A DNA stretch of 64,000 bases from Ignavibacteriota bacterium (lineage in GTDB: Bacteria > Bacteroidota > Ignavibacteria > Palsa-1295), in NCBI GenBank assembly GCA_963787835.1, contig CAWBEI010000004.1, positions 1-64,000 on the forward strand, in the 5' to 3' direction. Positions 53,773-62,984 of the stretch are shown one piece after another. A program made the position numbers and the translations under genes. The notes beneath the pieces are model-generated. The model saw nothing but the letters and a program-made list of their open reading frames with translations, made no database searches and was not told the DNA's origin. Within the stretch, counting starts at the first letter, position 1. Each line of letters starts with the position of its first letter.

Positions 53773-54120
53773 ATGAAATCGAATCTCATTGCCATCCTCT
53801 TGGTATTGTTCGCTCAGCAAGCGGAGGGGCAATCAACGCAGACCATCGCGCCGTTCAAGTCAGCAGAAGTTACCACTCCGCAACAGCCAGCGCCAACTCT
53901 GAATCTCGGAGATTTGAACAAAGTTCTGGGGCCTGCTCCCGCGCCGGCAAATGGCGTGCTCTTCTATTTCGATTATACCCAGTTTTTACAATGGCTTGTC
54001 CCCAAGAAGCATCCGAAGGTTCCGCCAGAATGTGATCCGAAATATTTTATGAATGATTCCATCCCTCCTGATCCTGTGATCAAGCAGGATACTGTTCGCG
54101 TTGCAAAACCGCCGGTGTAG
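53773..54120 (+). CDS. Small secreted Pro-rich hypothetical protein
   Basis: Signal peptide ending GQ. Confidence 0.55.
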   Translation: MKSNLIAILLVLFAQQAEGQSTQTIAPFKSAEVTTPQQPAPTLNLGDLNKVLGPAPAPANGVLFYFDYTQFLQWLVPKKHPKVPPECDPKYFMNDSIPPDPVIKQDTVRVAKPPV

Positions 54121-54188
54121 AGTTGCAAAACTTCCACACCACCGGCCCGAAAACATCGTGCCGCCAGCGCAAGACGATGGGGGCATGA

Positions 54189-54467
54189 TCAATAAACGCT
54201 GCCGCGAAACTCGATTCTCGTGATATAGGTAATGATAGGCTCGCCATTCTCATAGCGGAAGATAACGCGAATGTTGCCGAGCCTGACGCGCCAATGTCCT
54301 TTCCATTCCGCTTTGAGTTTTTTAATGTCAGCGTTGTTTCTCTCACGCTGAATAATCTTTTTTAGCGATAGACGAACCGCTTCCTCAACTTTTTCAAAAT
54401 TCAAACTATCGGAATTCTTTCGGACGAATTTCTCCGCCTGATCCGAATAAATGAAGCGGATCGGCAT
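54189..54467 (-). CDS. RelE/ParE family toxin
   Basis: IKKLK...WRVRLGNIRVIF...IEFRGSVY. Confidence 0.88.
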   Translation of the reverse strand: MPIRFIYSDQAEKFVRKNSDSLNFEKVEEAVRLSLKKIIQRERNNADIKKLKAEWKGHWRVRLGNIRVIFRYENGEPIITYITRIEFRGSVY

Positions 54468-54691
54468 TATTTCGATTCGCGGACGAGCGTGAATCGGCGG
54501 TCTTCTTCGGTCATCGAGGCGAGACCGCGAGAGATTTCGGCCTGCTCTTCGTCATCGACATACGGGATATGCGCGAAATCGTCGCCCTCCAAGAATTGGG
54601 CGGCTTGCTCGATACGCGAGCGGTCGATATCCTCTTTATCGACGAGGATAACGAATGTATCCGATGTCTCCGCTATTTCGACGTGTCTCAT
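54467..54691 (-). CDS. Putative antitoxin
   Basis: Acidic 74-aa ORF (IPYVDDEEQAEI) overlapping the toxin start. Confidence 0.75.
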   Translation of the reverse strand: MRHVEIAETSDTFVILVDKEDIDRSRIEQAAQFLEGDDFAHIPYVDDEEQAEISRGLASMTEEDRRFTLVRESK

Positions 54692-54752
54692 AACAACCTT
54701 AACCACCGGCCCGAAAACATCGTGCCGCCAGCGCAAGACGGTGGGGGCATGC

Positions 54753-55613
54753 CTAATCATGCAGCTTCCGACCATACAATGCCTTTATAAACTCAGGGTT
54801 CTGATGATCAACAAATAGTAGTTTGTTCTCATCGAGCTTGCCAATGGCTTGCATATCGTCTTCGGTTAGTTCGAAATCGAAAATATCGAAGTTTTGGATG
54901 ATACGATCTTTGTGCGTGGATTTTGGAATGGTAACGATCCCGCGCTGAATGCTCCATCGCAGCGTGACCTGCGCGACGCTCTTGCCGTATTTCTCCCCGA
55001 TGCTCTTCAACACCTCGTTCCCGAACAGATTTTGCTTTCCTTCGGCGAATGGCGCCCAGCTTTCGTGCTGGACGTGATATTCATCCAACACTTTCCTGGC
55101 TTCGATCTGCTGGTTAAATGGGTGGGTTTCGATCTGATTTACCATTGGCGCAATTTCGTTACCGAGAATAAAATCGACAAGTCGGTCACTGGAAAAATTT
55201 GCTACACCGATCGCGCGTATCTTACCGGCGGCGTACAGTTCCGACATAGCACGCCATGCCCCGAAAACATCGTTATACGGCTGGTGAATCAGATAAAGAT
55301 CGAGATAATCAAGTTGCAGTTTGTCGCGCGATGTTTGGAACGCCTTTTTAGTGCCCTCATAACTAACATCATGGACCCAAACCTTGGTGGTAATGAATAG
55401 CTCTTCACGAGGCACGCCGCTTCGCTTGATCGCCCGGCCCACAGCATCTTCGTTTCGGTAAGATGCAGCCGTATCGATCAGCCGATACCCAGCTTCGAGC
55501 GCATCAACGACACTCTGCTCGCACTGAGCGAGATCGTTTATTTGAAAGACCCCAAAGCCGAGCATCGGCATTTCGACTCCGTTGTGCAATGTTACGTTTG
55601 GTACTGTTGTCAT
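54753..55613 (-). CDS. Aldo/keto reductase (2,5-DKG reductase-like)
   Basis: GYRLIDTAASY, LDYLDLYLIHQP, IPKS. Confidence 0.95.
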   Translation of the reverse strand: MTTVPNVTLHNGVEMPMLGFGVFQINDLAQCEQSVVDALEAGYRLIDTAASYRNEDAVGRAIKRSGVPREELFITTKVWVHDVSYEGTKKAFQTSRDKLQLDYLDLYLIHQPYNDVFGAWRAMSELYAAGKIRAIGVANFSSDRLVDFILGNEIAPMVNQIETHPFNQQIEARKVLDEYHVQHESWAPFAEGKQNLFGNEVLKSIGEKYGKSVAQVTLRWSIQRGIVTIPKSTHKDRIIQNFDIFDFELTEDDMQAIGKLDENKLLFVDHQNPEFIKALYGRKLHD

Positions 55614-55638
55614 TTTCTTTCTTTAAAATAAAAATTAA

Positions 55639-55662
55639 TGGGGCGACCTAACGGTCGCCCCA
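55639..55662 (-). terminator. Hairpin after dnaK
   Basis: tggggcgacc-taac-ggtcgcccca next to an A/T tract. Confidence 0.6.
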
Positions 55663-55681
55663 ACGTCTTACTATGCTGTAG

Positions 55682-57601
55682 TTACTTCTTCCCATCCTCA
55701 TCGACCACCTCAAAGTCAGCATTCTCGACTTTGGGGCCGGCTTGACCATTGCCGGATGGCGGCGGCTGTGCGCCATCCGCGCCAGGGGCGGGTCCGCCCG
55801 GGGCGGACTGGTACATCTGAGTGGAGACTTCCGACCATGCGCGGTTCAGTGCTTCCACTGCGGATTTTATCGCTGCGGCGTCGGTTCCCTTGAGCGCATT
55901 TTCGAGATCGGCGATGGCGGAATTTATCTTGCCCTGGCCTTCGGGCGTCATCTTGTCTTTCAGTTCCTCGACTTGCTTCTTGGACTGGAAGACCATCTGA
56001 TCGGCCTGATTGCGGGTTTCAACCTGTTCCTTGCGCTGCGTGTCCTCAGCTTTGTGGGCCTCGGCGTCGCGCTTCATTTTGTCGATCTCTTCTTTCGAAA
56101 GTCCGCTCGATGATGTAATGCGGATCGACTGCTCCTTGTTCGTCGCTTTGTCTTTCGCACTCACGTGGAGAATTCCGTTCGCATCAATATCGAATGTTAC
56201 TTCGATCTGCGGCACTCCGCGCGGCGCAGGCGGGATTCCATCCAGATGGAACTTACCGAGGGATTTATTATCGATCGCCATCGAACGCTCGCCTTGCAGA
56301 ATGTGAATTTCTACGGATGGCTGCGAATCGCTGGCCGTCGAGAACGTCTCCGATTTGCGTGTGGGGATCGTCGTGTTCGCGGGAATCATTGGCGTCGCAA
56401 CGCTGCCCATCGTTTCGATGGAAAGCGTGAGCGGCGTTACGTCGAGCAGCAGTACGTCCGTCACTTCGCCGGTGAGTACTGCGCCCTGAATGGCCGCGCC
56501 GACCGCAACCACTTCATCAGGATTCACTCCCTTATGCGGCTCCTTGCCGAAAAGCTGACGCACGATCTCCTGCACTTTCGGAATGCGCGTCGAACCACCG
56601 ACGAGAATTACCTCATCGATGTCTGCCGGAGTAACTTTCGCATTCGCGAGCGCGCGCTTGCATGGCTCGACGGAACGCTGAAGAATATCGTTCACCAACT
56701 GCTCGAACTTCGCACGGGTGAGCGTGATGTTCATGTGCTTCGGCCCATCCGCAGTTGCAGTGATGAAGGGAAGGTTCACATCCGTCTGCATGGCAGTCGA
56801 AAGTTCCATCTTCGCTTTTTCCGCAGCTTCTTTCAGGCGCTGGAGGGCCATCGGATCTTTGCGCAAGTCGATATTTTCCGCAGACTTGAATTCATCCGCA
56901 AGAAAATCGACGAGACGCGCATCGATATTATCGCCGCCAAGGTGCGTATCGCCATCGGTGGATTTTACTTCGAACACGCCTTCGCCGAGTTCCAGAATGG
57001 AAACGTCAAACGTTCCGCCGCCAAAATCATAGACGGCGATCTTCTCGTTCTTGCCTTTTTTATCGAGGCCGTACGCAAGCGCGGCAGCCGTCGGCTCATT
57101 GATGATGCGGCGCACCGTCAGTCCCGCGATCTCGCCGGCGTCTTTTGTGGCCTGGCGCTGGGTGTCGTTGAAGTATGCGGGAACGGTAATTACGGCTTCC
57201 GTAACTTTTTGCCCGAGATAATCCTCGGCGGTCTGCTTCATTTTGGTGAGGATCATCGCCGAAATTTCGGGCGGCGAATAGATCGTACCGTTGATCTCGA
57301 CCTTCACTGCATCGCCATCGCCGCGAATGACCTTGTAGGGCACGAGCTTCATCTCCTCGTTCACTTCGCCGAACTTGCGGCCCATGAAGCGCTTGATGGA
57401 AAAAACCGTGTTCTGCGGATTCGTCACGGCCTGCCGCTTGGCAGCCTGACCGACAAGCCGCTCGCCGGACTTCGTGAATGCGACGATCGAAGGCGTCGTC
57501 CGCGACCCCTCCGAATTCGCAATGACCGTCGGCTGCGTGCCTTCCATGACGGCCACGCACGAATTTGTAGTTCCTAAATCGATTCCTATTATTTTACTCA
57601 T
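55682..57601 (-). CDS. dnaK: Chaperone DnaK
   Basis: [37 protein letters not shown]. Confidence 0.99.
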   Translation of the reverse strand: MSKIIGIDLGTTNSCVAVMEGTQPTVIANSEGSRTTPSIVAFTKSGERLVGQAAKRQAVTNPQNTVFSIKRFMGRKFGEVNEEMKLVPYKVIRGDGDAVKVEINGTIYSPPEISAMILTKMKQTAEDYLGQKVTEAVITVPAYFNDTQRQATKDAGEIAGLTVRRIINEPTAAALAYGLDKKGKNEKIAVYDFGGGTFDVSILELGEGVFEVKSTDGDTHLGGDNIDARLVDFLADEFKSAENIDLRKDPMALQRLKEAAEKAKMELSTAMQTDVNLPFITATADGPKHMNITLTRAKFEQLVNDILQRSVEPCKRALANAKVTPADIDEVILVGGSTRIPKVQEIVRQLFGKEPHKGVNPDEVVAVGAAIQGAVLTGEVTDVLLLDVTPLTLSIETMGSVATPMIPANTTIPTRKSETFSTASDSQPSVEIHILQGERSMAIDNKSLGKFHLDGIPPAPRGVPQIEVTFDIDANGILHVSAKDKATNKEQSIRITSSSGLSKEEIDKMKRDAEAHKAEDTQRKEQVETRNQADQMVFQSKKQVEELKDKMTPEGQGKINSAIADLENALKGTDAAAIKSAVEALNRAWSEVSTQMYQSAPGGPAPGADGAQPPPSGNGQAGPKVENADFEVVDEDGKK

Positions 57602-57631
57602 TGTTGTGTGTGTTGTTTGTGATTGTTAAAA

Positions 57632-58582
57632 TTAATCTTGGCGTCGTTGAATTGTGTCGATCTTTATTTCTCCTCGACGAGGAGGAGCGCTATCAGCCCA
57701 TAGCGTCCACTTAATTTTCGATTTTTCGATGTCAGGCAATGCACTTGCAGTCAGTCCGAATACTGGTGCGAACTTGATTAAGTCCTTGCGAACTACTAGG
57801 TCAAATTCCAGATGTTGCTCTGGAAACAATGACGCATACGAGTGAGCATTCGTGTTATAATTGCTCCAGCTCCAAATCCACCTTTCACCATTACTATCGA
57901 CTAACCAACACGGGCAATCAAGCTGCAACTGGATTTTTTCCGCGAGCGGTCCTCCTGAATGCTGCACCGTAACAGTAATGCGAGGTCCACCTTCGTAATT
58001 GGAAATATCTTGTCGCCCGCCATTTAAGACTTTCCGCTTACCATTATGTGAAATATTCCAAAGAGTGAAAGTAGGTTCAAGAAATGGATGCACTGACCGA
58101 TTCAAACCCATTCGAACCTCATGGTCTTCCATAACTGAAACTCGATTGCCACGTCGCGTGAAATATTTCCCAGCGTACTTTAGCGATCCACCTTCGCACA
58201 TGTGAATGGTGTTGCTTTCAGGAATCTCAACTACATACACGTAACCACTCGAAATCAAATCAACTGTTTCAATTTTGACTCCACCAATTCGACGCTGCAC
58301 TGAATCCAAAACCTGATATAACGTATCTTTGGTTGTTCCAATAGAATCAACGCTCTCAAGGTGATCTGGAATTACTCTACTTCCATCCTTTCGTTCGACC
58401 ATGCCATAGACTATCGTTCCACCGGCACTGTTCGCCATGGAGGAAACATCCTTTCTGAATTCGCTCTTCCGATTCTCTTCGGAAAAACGAAGAGACTCGG
58501 CACTTTTATATTCGTGCCGAGTGTCCTCTTCTTGCGGAAGTAAAATTAAAGCTTGCAGTCGATCTTGACTCCAATCGCTCAT
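57632..58582 (-). CDS. Schlafen/AlbA_2-domain protein
   Basis: EEDTRHEYKS (E-x4-E-x-K), KDVSSMANSAGGTIVYGMVE, YVVEIPES, YFTRRG; unknown C-terminal domain; visibly lower GC than dnaK. Confidence 0.85.
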   Translation of the reverse strand: MSDWSQDRLQALILLPQEEDTRHEYKSAESLRFSEENRKSEFRKDVSSMANSAGGTIVYGMVERKDGSRVIPDHLESVDSIGTTKDTLYQVLDSVQRRIGGVKIETVDLISSGYVYVVEIPESNTIHMCEGGSLKYAGKYFTRRGNRVSVMEDHEVRMGLNRSVHPFLEPTFTLWNISHNGKRKVLNGGRQDISNYEGGPRITVTVQHSGGPLAEKIQLQLDCPCWLVDSNGERWIWSWSNYNTNAHSYASLFPEQHLEFDLVVRKDLIKFAPVFGLTASALPDIEKSKIKWTLWADSAPPRRGEIKIDTIQRRQD

Positions 58583-58583
58583 G

Positions 58584-58859
58584 TTACTTCACCACTCCTC
58601 TCTTCTTAAGCCAGTCGAATAGTTGTTGCAAAAGGTCAAGTGGCAAATCAAAGTTTGTGCCATCCGTCTGCCCCTTTGCTCTCATCTCGTCTGTCGTAAT
58701 CGAGAGAGTAACAATGTCATCACCATAAATTCTATCTGATACAATTAACTCATCAATTGAGTCCAATGAGCCGTCCGTTCCAGGAATACTAACCTCAATA
58801 GTAATAATTGCTTGTTGTTCAGAGTAAAGTTTGAATTGTTTCTTCATAAGGTTTTTCAA
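58584..58859 (-). CDS. Small hypothetical protein
   Basis: Lies between the tRNA-like gene and the AlbA_2 gene; stop 1 nt before the next ATG. Confidence 0.55.
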   Translation of the reverse strand: MKNLMKKQFKLYSEQQAIITIEVSIPGTDGSLDSIDELIVSDRIYGDDIVTLSITTDEMRAKGQTDGTNFDLPLDLLQQLFDWLKKRGVVK

Positions 58860-58881
58860 AATAAATTTAAATTAAAACAAG

Positions 58882-58980
58882 TGGACCAGAGGAGAATCGA
58901 ACTCTTAGCCTGCTGCGTGTTAGGAGGTTCGCATGAGCCCCCTAACAGGCAGCTGCTCTAACCATTGGAGCTACTGGCCC
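58882..58980 (-). tRNA. Atypical tRNA-like gene (99 nt) with a hairpin replacing the anticodon loop
   Basis: GGGCCAG TA GCTC CAATGGTTA GAGC A GCTGC [C TGTTAGGGGG CTCATGCGAA CCTCCTAACA C] GCAGC AGGCT AAGAG TTCGATT CTCCT CTGGTCC A. Confidence 0.85.
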
Positions 58981-58984
58981 ATTT

Positions 58985-59122
58985 TTTTGCCGCCTTGCGG
59001 CGTTGTACTCGCAGCCCAGCATGATGCGAAGCGCCCGCCGCAGCGGGCTGGGCCGCGATTCTTTCCGGTGTGGGATATGCTTCAGCTTGTCCCGTTTCGA
59101 CGCAAGCTAAAGCATGGGCCAC
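58985..59122. repeat. REP-derived palindromes
   Basis: 58985-59053 shares ctgggctgcgagtac with the 48.2 kb REPtron end; 59070-59122 gtggg..atgcttcagcttg...caagctaaagcat..ccac. Confidence 0.6.
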
Positions 59123-59173
59123 ACTACTTCCTGACTTCGGCACTAACGCAGCGCACTCCATTGTTCGAATGGT

Positions 59174-59386
59174 ATGCACACCTATCATGCCGAAACCATC
59201 GTTCAGCCGGATGGCCGCGTAACCCTGCCTCATGTACCCTTTGCGAAAGGGGAAAAGGTAGAAGTCGTCGTGATTCCGTCTTCGGAAGCTGCGCAGGCTT
59301 CTGATGAGGAAGCCTGGCGACGGCTCGCGGCTGAATCGTTCTTTCGCGATTACGATGAGCGGGATTCGATTTACGATTCCTACTAA
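59174..59386 (+). CDS. Putative antitoxin
   Basis: PDGRVTLP...GEKVEV...AWRRLAAESFFRDYDERDSIYD; overlaps the toxin. Confidence 0.75.
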   Translation: MHTYHAETIVQPDGRVTLPHVPFAKGEKVEVVVIPSSEAAQASDEEAWRRLAAESFFRDYDERDSIYDSY

Positions 59387-59708
59387 ATGCAATTCGGAGA
59401 ACGTTGTCCTTCTCGATTATCCGTTCACCTATGGCGCGGGTTCGAAACGGCGTCCCGGTTTAGTCCTTCTTCCAGAAGCCGATGGGGATGTGCTTTTCTC
59501 TCGCATCACCAGCCAGTTGCGCGCAGGCGAATTCGATCTCGAACTTGAAGATTGGAAGTCTGCCGGACTTGCCTATCCATCCGTTGTTCGATTGAGCAAG
59601 ATGGTCTCACTTCATCGCGATCTTATTCTGCGCCCTATTGGCCGTTTTTCCGAGCGCGATGCATCGAACATTCGATCAATGCTTCAGCGGCTTTTAACGC
59701 GGATCTAA
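59355..59708 (+). CDS. PemK/MazF family toxin
   Basis: VVLLDYPFT..GSKRRPGLVL, ITS, WKSAGL.YPSVVRLSK. Confidence 0.88.
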   Translation: MSGIRFTIPTKCNSENVVLLDYPFTYGAGSKRRPGLVLLPEADGDVLFSRITSQLRAGEFDLELEDWKSAGLAYPSVVRLSKMVSLHRDLILRPIGRFSERDASNIRSMLQRLLTRI

Positions 59709-59973
59709 AGTTCAGAAACGCGTCTGGTTTCCCAGTGCATGATTTATGAAATGAGAGATCACATCTTTCTGAATCTCCAAAATCTCATGAAATCATGGTT
59801 CAGACATTAATAGTAAAGATTGTGCCAGTCTAAAAACGCCATAAATAAGAGGATTTCGGCATTGGCTTGCAGAACAGCATGACAGAATGTCACCTTTAGA
59901 GATAAACAATATATATCTGGGCAAATCGTCTTCAATGCGCGGGAATGATCCCAATCAACTAACCCTAAAGATT

Positions 59974-60549
59974 ATGCTTGACGAAGTACTCGCTTTTGTA
60001 ACCGGCGCTCTCAGTTGGATCGGCGGCGGCTCGAATTTTGAAGGACAGGATCTCAGTGGCAAGGATTTCAGCGGTGTGGACCTAAGTATGTCCAATTTTC
60101 GGAATGTCAATTTCACCGGCGCGAAGCTGTCAGGAGCGAATCTCAGCAAGTGCAACCTCGAAGGCGTGAATTTCGAAAATGCGGATCTTGCCGCCGCTGA
60201 CCTAAGCTATTCGAACCTCAAGGGTGCGAAGAACCTGGGCTCGCTCGCGATGCCCGGCATTAAGCTGCGTGGGGTGAATCTGCCGGATCTCGATTTCAGC
60301 GGCCACGAATTGATCGCCGCTGTGTTCCGTGCATCGAATTTAGCGAACGCGAATTTTTCCGGCTGCGACCTCACCGGCGCAAATTTCAGCATGTGCAATC
60401 TGGAGAATGCTGATTTCACGAACGCCGATCTCGAATACGCCGATTTCAGTTTCTCGAATATGCATAATGCCAAAATGGATGGAGCCAAGATGGCGCACGT
60501 GAAGATCACCGGAACGAATCTCAGAATGGAACAGCACGCGGTGGCGTAA
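59974..60549 (+). CDS. Pentapeptide repeat protein
   Basis: Tandem A(D/N)(L/F)xx repeats. Confidence 0.9.
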   Translation: MLDEVLAFVTGALSWIGGGSNFEGQDLSGKDFSGVDLSMSNFRNVNFTGAKLSGANLSKCNLEGVNFENADLAAADLSYSNLKGAKNLGSLAMPGIKLRGVNLPDLDFSGHELIAAVFRASNLANANFSGCDLTGANFSMCNLENADFTNADLEYADFSFSNMHNAKMDGAKMAHVKITGTNLRMEQHAVA

Positions 60550-60652
60550 GTTTGTGCAATATTCGTATCGCGACAGGGTGTTATTCCCTTTAAAATGAAA
60601 TGGCCATTCCCATTTTCGAGGGAATGACCATTTTTGAAATCCCAAAAAGAGT

Positions 60653-61186
60653 TTATGCAGCGACTGCCTCTTTTACTGGCGCCGGTTGCGAATCCAGCCC
60701 ATACCAATTATTTCGCGTGTTGATGTTCGCGCCACACATTTTCGCATAAAGGAAAAGCTGATGGCGATACGCACAGAGATATTTCGTGACCGTCAGCAAA
60801 GCCTCGAACAGCGTGGTTTCATCGCCGCTGAATGGATGGTAGGTCATGCGAGCCAGATCTGCATCAGTGATGGTTGCATAGACATCGCTGATTTCTGCTT
60901 TCTCTCGCTCGATCCACTCAGAGAAATTTGTAAAGTTTACATTCTCGGCTGAGTTCCTGGCATTTGTGCGATAGTTCGTGCGCGCTTCTTCGTGATCCAC
61001 TGGAGGGTTGACGAAGTGCTTGGTCATAGTCCCACCGATGTAGGTAAGATATTGCATCAGTTCGACGGTGGAACGCATGTTCTCGCGCGGGCGCCAATCG
61101 GCCTGACTTGCATCGAACTTCGTTGCAAGATGCTGACAGACATTCAGTTCGTGAAGGCTGCTTTTGAGGAGAGAATCTTTGATCAT
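60653..61186 (-). CDS. DinB superfamily protein
   Basis: WRPRENMRSTVELMQYL...YRHQLFLYAK. Confidence 0.7.
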   Translation of the reverse strand: MIKDSLLKSSLHELNVCQHLATKFDASQADWRPRENMRSTVELMQYLTYIGGTMTKHFVNPPVDHEEARTNYRTNARNSAENVNFTNFSEWIEREKAEISDVYATITDADLARMTYHPFSGDETTLFEALLTVTKYLCAYRHQLFLYAKMCGANINTRNNWYGLDSQPAPVKEAVAA

Positions 61187-61282
61187 ATTAGACTTGAAAA
61201 AGGTGTTTAAAATAATTGCATGAAACGACGAGCCATTAATACATTAGGACGAACAATTAAGTTTTGAGAAGTCGTCCGTAAC

Positions 61283-61437
61283 TGTCATCCTGAGCGGAGT
61301 TCTTCCGACCGGAGGGAGGAAGAACGGAGTCGAAGGATCTCTTGTAGTTTGGCTCAGAGGAGAACGACCGGAGATTCTTCGACTTCGCAAATCTTCGACC
61401 GACGGGTGGACGAAGATTTGCTGCGCTCAGAATGACA
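61283..61437. repeat. MITE/REP of the tgtcatcctgag...ctcagaatgaca family
   Basis: Terminal inverted repeats; gaaggatct/agattcttc; internal hairpins. Confidence 0.8.
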
Positions 61438-61461
61438 GGCTATGGTAATCAGAAATAAATG

Positions 61462-61492
61462 AAAAAAGGGACGCGCCGTCCGCGCGTCCCTT
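61462..61492 (-). terminator. Intrinsic terminator after Hsp20
   Basis: aaaaaagggacgcg-ccgtc-cgcgcgtccctt. Confidence 0.7.
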
Positions 61493-61500
61493 TATAATAT

Positions 61501-61962
61501 TTATTTATTGATCGGAATCTCCCGCTCGCGGGGTTTTTCCGGCTCGCGTTTTGGGATCTTGACTTCGAGCACGCCATCCGCGAAATTCGCTTCAACGGCA
61601 TCCTCGTTCAGGTTATCGGGCAATCCGAACTGCCGCACGAACTCCCCATGCGAACGCTCGATACGGTGGAAGTTCTCGGTCTTGGTCTCTTCCGAACGCT
61701 TTTTTTCGCCACGCAGGGTGAGCGTGCCTTCAGAGAGCGTGATCTTCACATCTTCCGCTTTCATTCCCGGAAGTTCGGCGCGAACGAGTACGTTCTCCTT
61801 CGATTCTGAAATATCGACGCGTGGCGTAAATGTTCCCAGCTCGACATGAACGCCGTTCTGCAAACCGTTCGTAACGGCGCCTTCGAAATCATTAAATAAT
61901 CTACGGAGCTTTTTCGAAGCGATCTCATAATCGCGCCTCGGCTCCCATCGGTAAACTGTCAT
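61501..61962 (-). CDS. Small heat-shock protein Hsp20
   Basis: PRVDISE...AELPG...ERSHGEFVRQFGLP...DGVLEVKIPK. Confidence 0.95.
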   Translation of the reverse strand: MTVYRWEPRRDYEIASKKLRRLFNDFEGAVTNGLQNGVHVELGTFTPRVDISESKENVLVRAELPGMKAEDVKITLSEGTLTLRGEKKRSEETKTENFHRIERSHGEFVRQFGLPDNLNEDAVEANFADGVLEVKIPKREPEKPREREIPINK

Positions 61963-62139
61963 AGTATTGTTCTCCTTAAAAATGGTTAAAAATTGAATTC
62001 GAGAGTTAGCATTAGGAAGGAGTGTGCCAATCGATTAAATTGGCGAAAATAGCGAAATTTGAAGGATGAATAATTGGATTGTGTGACAAAATGACAGCAA
62101 TGTCTGCATCAGATCAATATTCTTGGCCAAAAATGGAGC

Positions 62140-62550
62140 TCAGGATAAACTCCTGAGTGCCTGGTCGAGCGATTGTGTTAGGTTAGATGCTGACTTACGA
62201 AGCTTTGTATCTTCTGTAATCAGAAGTTTTCCGGAAGCCTTTGCGACGGCGAGGAAGCGTGCGTCATAAGCGGTTACTCGATACTGCATCGCAATTTCGA
62301 GAGAATAAGAGCGTGGAACAGATACGATGTTTGGAGCGAGTTCGATTTCGGCCAGCGTGAGATACTCCAGAGCTTTATCGCGAGTAACGAGTCCTGTGCG
62401 CCAATACGTGGCAAGAACATTCGTAAATTCGATCAATGCAAATGGCTCGGTTACCCAAACAGGATCGAGCATGCGAAGGCGTGTTGCGTCCGCGGTGCGC
62501 TCACATTGAATGAAAAGAGGAAAAATGATATTGGTGTCAACAACGATCAT
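62140..62550 (-). CDS. VapC PIN-domain toxin
   Basis: IVVDTNI, EFTNVL, TAYDARFLAVA, LITED. Confidence 0.9.
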   Translation of the reverse strand: MIVVDTNIIFPLFIQCERTADATRLRMLDPVWVTEPFALIEFTNVLATYWRTGLVTRDKALEYLTLAEIELAPNIVSVPRSYSLEIAMQYRVTAYDARFLAVAKASGKLLITEDTKLRKSASNLTQSLDQALRSLS

Positions 62551-62580
62551 GCGACGAGCCCCGATTACGACAATTCCAGA

Positions 62581-62886
62581 CTATTCTCGCCCTTCGGCAA
62601 TCGCAACCTCAATATCCGCCGTTGTTGGAAGGAATCCACCACGCAATTTCAAAGGTTTTGGTAATTTTCTTCCCCAATGAATCGCAGCTTCTATCTCGTC
62701 AATCGTCAACGGCGCGCGCCCTTTAGGCTTTAATGGCTTCGGTACAACGATTCGACGCGACCGGTCGGGCCGCATTCCGCGCGCGATCACTTCCGATACG
62801 ACCTCTTTTAATTTTTTATGCTCATGCACAGCGAGAATTTTCATTTGCCGAACAAGAGGATCAGGTAATTCAACGGTCATTTTCAT
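62581..62886 (-). CDS. VapB-like RHH antitoxin with duplicated C-terminus
   Basis: MKMTVELPDPL...LKEVV RHH-type N-terminus; upstream of vapC. Confidence 0.8.
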   Translation of the reverse strand: MKMTVELPDPLVRQMKILAVHEHKKLKEVVSEVIARGMRPDRSRRIVVPKPLKPKGRAPLTIDEIEAAIHWGRKLPKPLKLRGGFLPTTADIEVAIAEGRE

Positions 62887-62984
62887 ACAATACTCCCATT
62901 TAACTGGTTAAATGGAAAACCAGCAATGACCAAATTATATTCCATTCCTTCCCGAATTAGATTTTTTGAATTCTCGCAATAGTT

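Larger units (their letters stand above)
53682..54751. repeat. Three ~50-bp direct repeats (53682-53727, 54138-54187, 54702-54751)
   Basis: Invariant core gcccgaaaacatcgtgccgcca; copies 2 and 3 differ by 1 nt over 50 bp. Confidence 0.9.

Noticed and set aside
53682-54751. Canonical integron attC sites
   Set aside because: No complementary RYYYAAC/GTTRRRY pair around the hairpin, copy 2 lacks the GTT box, and there is no IntI.
56165-57577. 470-aa ORF antisense to dnaK, and similar shadow ORFs opposite secA and the fibre genes
   Set aside because: Expected by-product of codon bias on the opposite strand; no independent motifs.
58917-58948. Archaeal-type (BHB) or group I intron in the tRNA-like gene
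   Set aside because: The 25-nt insert is too short for a group I intron, and no 3-4-3 bulge-helix-bulge forms; the best fold is a continuous helix after a C-C mismatch.
62007-62031. CIRCE or sigma54 site upstream of Hsp20
   Set aside because: ttagcatta-N7-gtgtgccaa has the wrong spacing for CIRCE, and the reverse TGGCAC-N5-TTCC lacks the -12 GC.
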